DNA of 64,000 bases from Owenia fusiformis (lineage: Eukaryota), in assembly GCA_903813345.2 (NCBI GenBank), contig CAIIXF020000001.1, forward strand, positions 10,726,001-10,790,000. Direction: 5' to 3'. Under the pieces are notes generated by a model, which did not search any database, was not told the origin of the DNA, and saw only the letters and a program-made list of their open reading frames with translations. Position 1 is the first letter of the stretch. Each line of letters starts with the position of its first letter. Below are positions 62,959 through 64,000 of the stretch, piece after piece. Both the position numbers and the translations under genes were made by a program.

Positions 62959-63728
62959 GTGGACTGAACATCTTCAACATAGCGAAAAAATTCAGCAATG
63001 CACGTTCTTCGAGTTTTTACTCTGACATATCATCTTTGTTGACACTTACCTCAAGGGGAACTCATGTCACGTTTGAGCGGGCATCTAATTACAGAATCAG
63101 CGAAAAGTTCTTTGAATTGCATAATCCACAATTTAGTGGTGAACTTGGTGGATATCTTAGCTTTGAAAAAATCAAAGATCGTCAAATATATGTGGAAGAC
63201 AAGCTGGTGTCAGTGGGAAACTCTTCAATATGTCTCGCCTCATCGATAATACACAATGGGGAGGCGATTGCCACTTTTGAGAGTCAGGTAGTGCACGTTG
63301 ATTGGAATTCACGCAAAGCTGTCCCACTTCCTGTTTGGTTCACTGAAAAATATCGGGAATTCATGAAAATTTCAAAGATAAAATTTACAACAAATATGAA
63401 CAAACCAAACAGCTCTTATTCATACAGTATCAAAGTGTCCGCAAGTGATTTGGACATGAATAATCATGTGAACATGGCTATTTACCTCCGGTATTGCTTA
63501 GATGCAGGGTATATGGCATGTAAAGATGGCGCTTATGAGGGTTTTGAGGGAGATCTTTTGACATATAAAGTGCAGAAATCGTCATGTCTGTTCTTTGGTG
63601 AAAGTGTACTTGAGGCATTGCTGTCTGTGTATACATGGGAAGATAGTACACAGAAAAATTTAATACATTTCCAAATTGAAAATAGTGATGAGAAATTAGT
63701 ATATTTCTGTTCTATGTGGTTTCATTAA
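62959..63728 (+). CDS. Double-hotdog thioesterase-like, terminal exon 3C (no PTS1)
   Basis: GTTCTTCAG acceptor, phase 1, reads GGLNIFNIAKKFSNAR.... Motifs VHVDWNSRKAVPLPVWF, VSASDLDMNNHVNMAIY (close to FatA/B DLDMNQHVNN), FFGES. AATAAA at 63867. Confidence 0.85.
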
Positions 63729-64000
63729 TTAGAACATACAAGGTGGGCCCAAAATGCAATCCAAATTAGCAATAGTGTACAATCAGAATGGGTAACATTT
63801 TTTCCCACCCTGTGTAACCATAAGTTTTAAATTCCTCTAAAGCATTTCTTGTTTAGAATATTTTTGAATAAAAAGAAAAGTCCAACAATTCTCAAAAAGT
63901 TGTGTCCTGAGGGAAATATGGATATCTTACTGAGGGCCCAGAGGGTCCTAGGTAAGATAACATATTTTCCGAGGGATATACTATCCTATAATTCAAAACA

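Overview
AT-rich, intron-rich animal genomic DNA. It looks invertebrate and probably lophotrochozoan, but the species cannot be determined from sequence alone. Manual splice reconstruction supports four protein-coding genes. (1) A complete 4-exon Wnt4 (+, 5117-20850). (2) A small 2-exon secreted protein with a ~50% His tract followed by a six-cysteine chitin-binding-type-2-like domain (+, 23629-24664). (3) A complete 21-exon alpha-N-acetylglucosaminidase NAGLU (-, 48652-26471). One internal exon is present as four divergent phase-0 copies, a candidate mutually exclusive exon cluster, and the protein has a cationic C-terminal tail. (4) A double-hotdog, acyl-ACP-thioesterase-like gene (+, 55668 to at least 63728). 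Two short shared 5' exons can splice in frame to any of three large, highly divergent terminal exons ending -AKL, -SKL and -WFH. A tRNA-Ala(CGC) lies head-to-head with NAGLU. The rest is introns and intergenic DNA dense in MITEs, minisatellites and nested transposons, including a pogo > LINE > Transib-like stack. The two exon-duplication arrays are the most promising undescribed systems. All splice models are inferred from GT/AG signals, phase continuity and remembered family motifs, not from transcripts.
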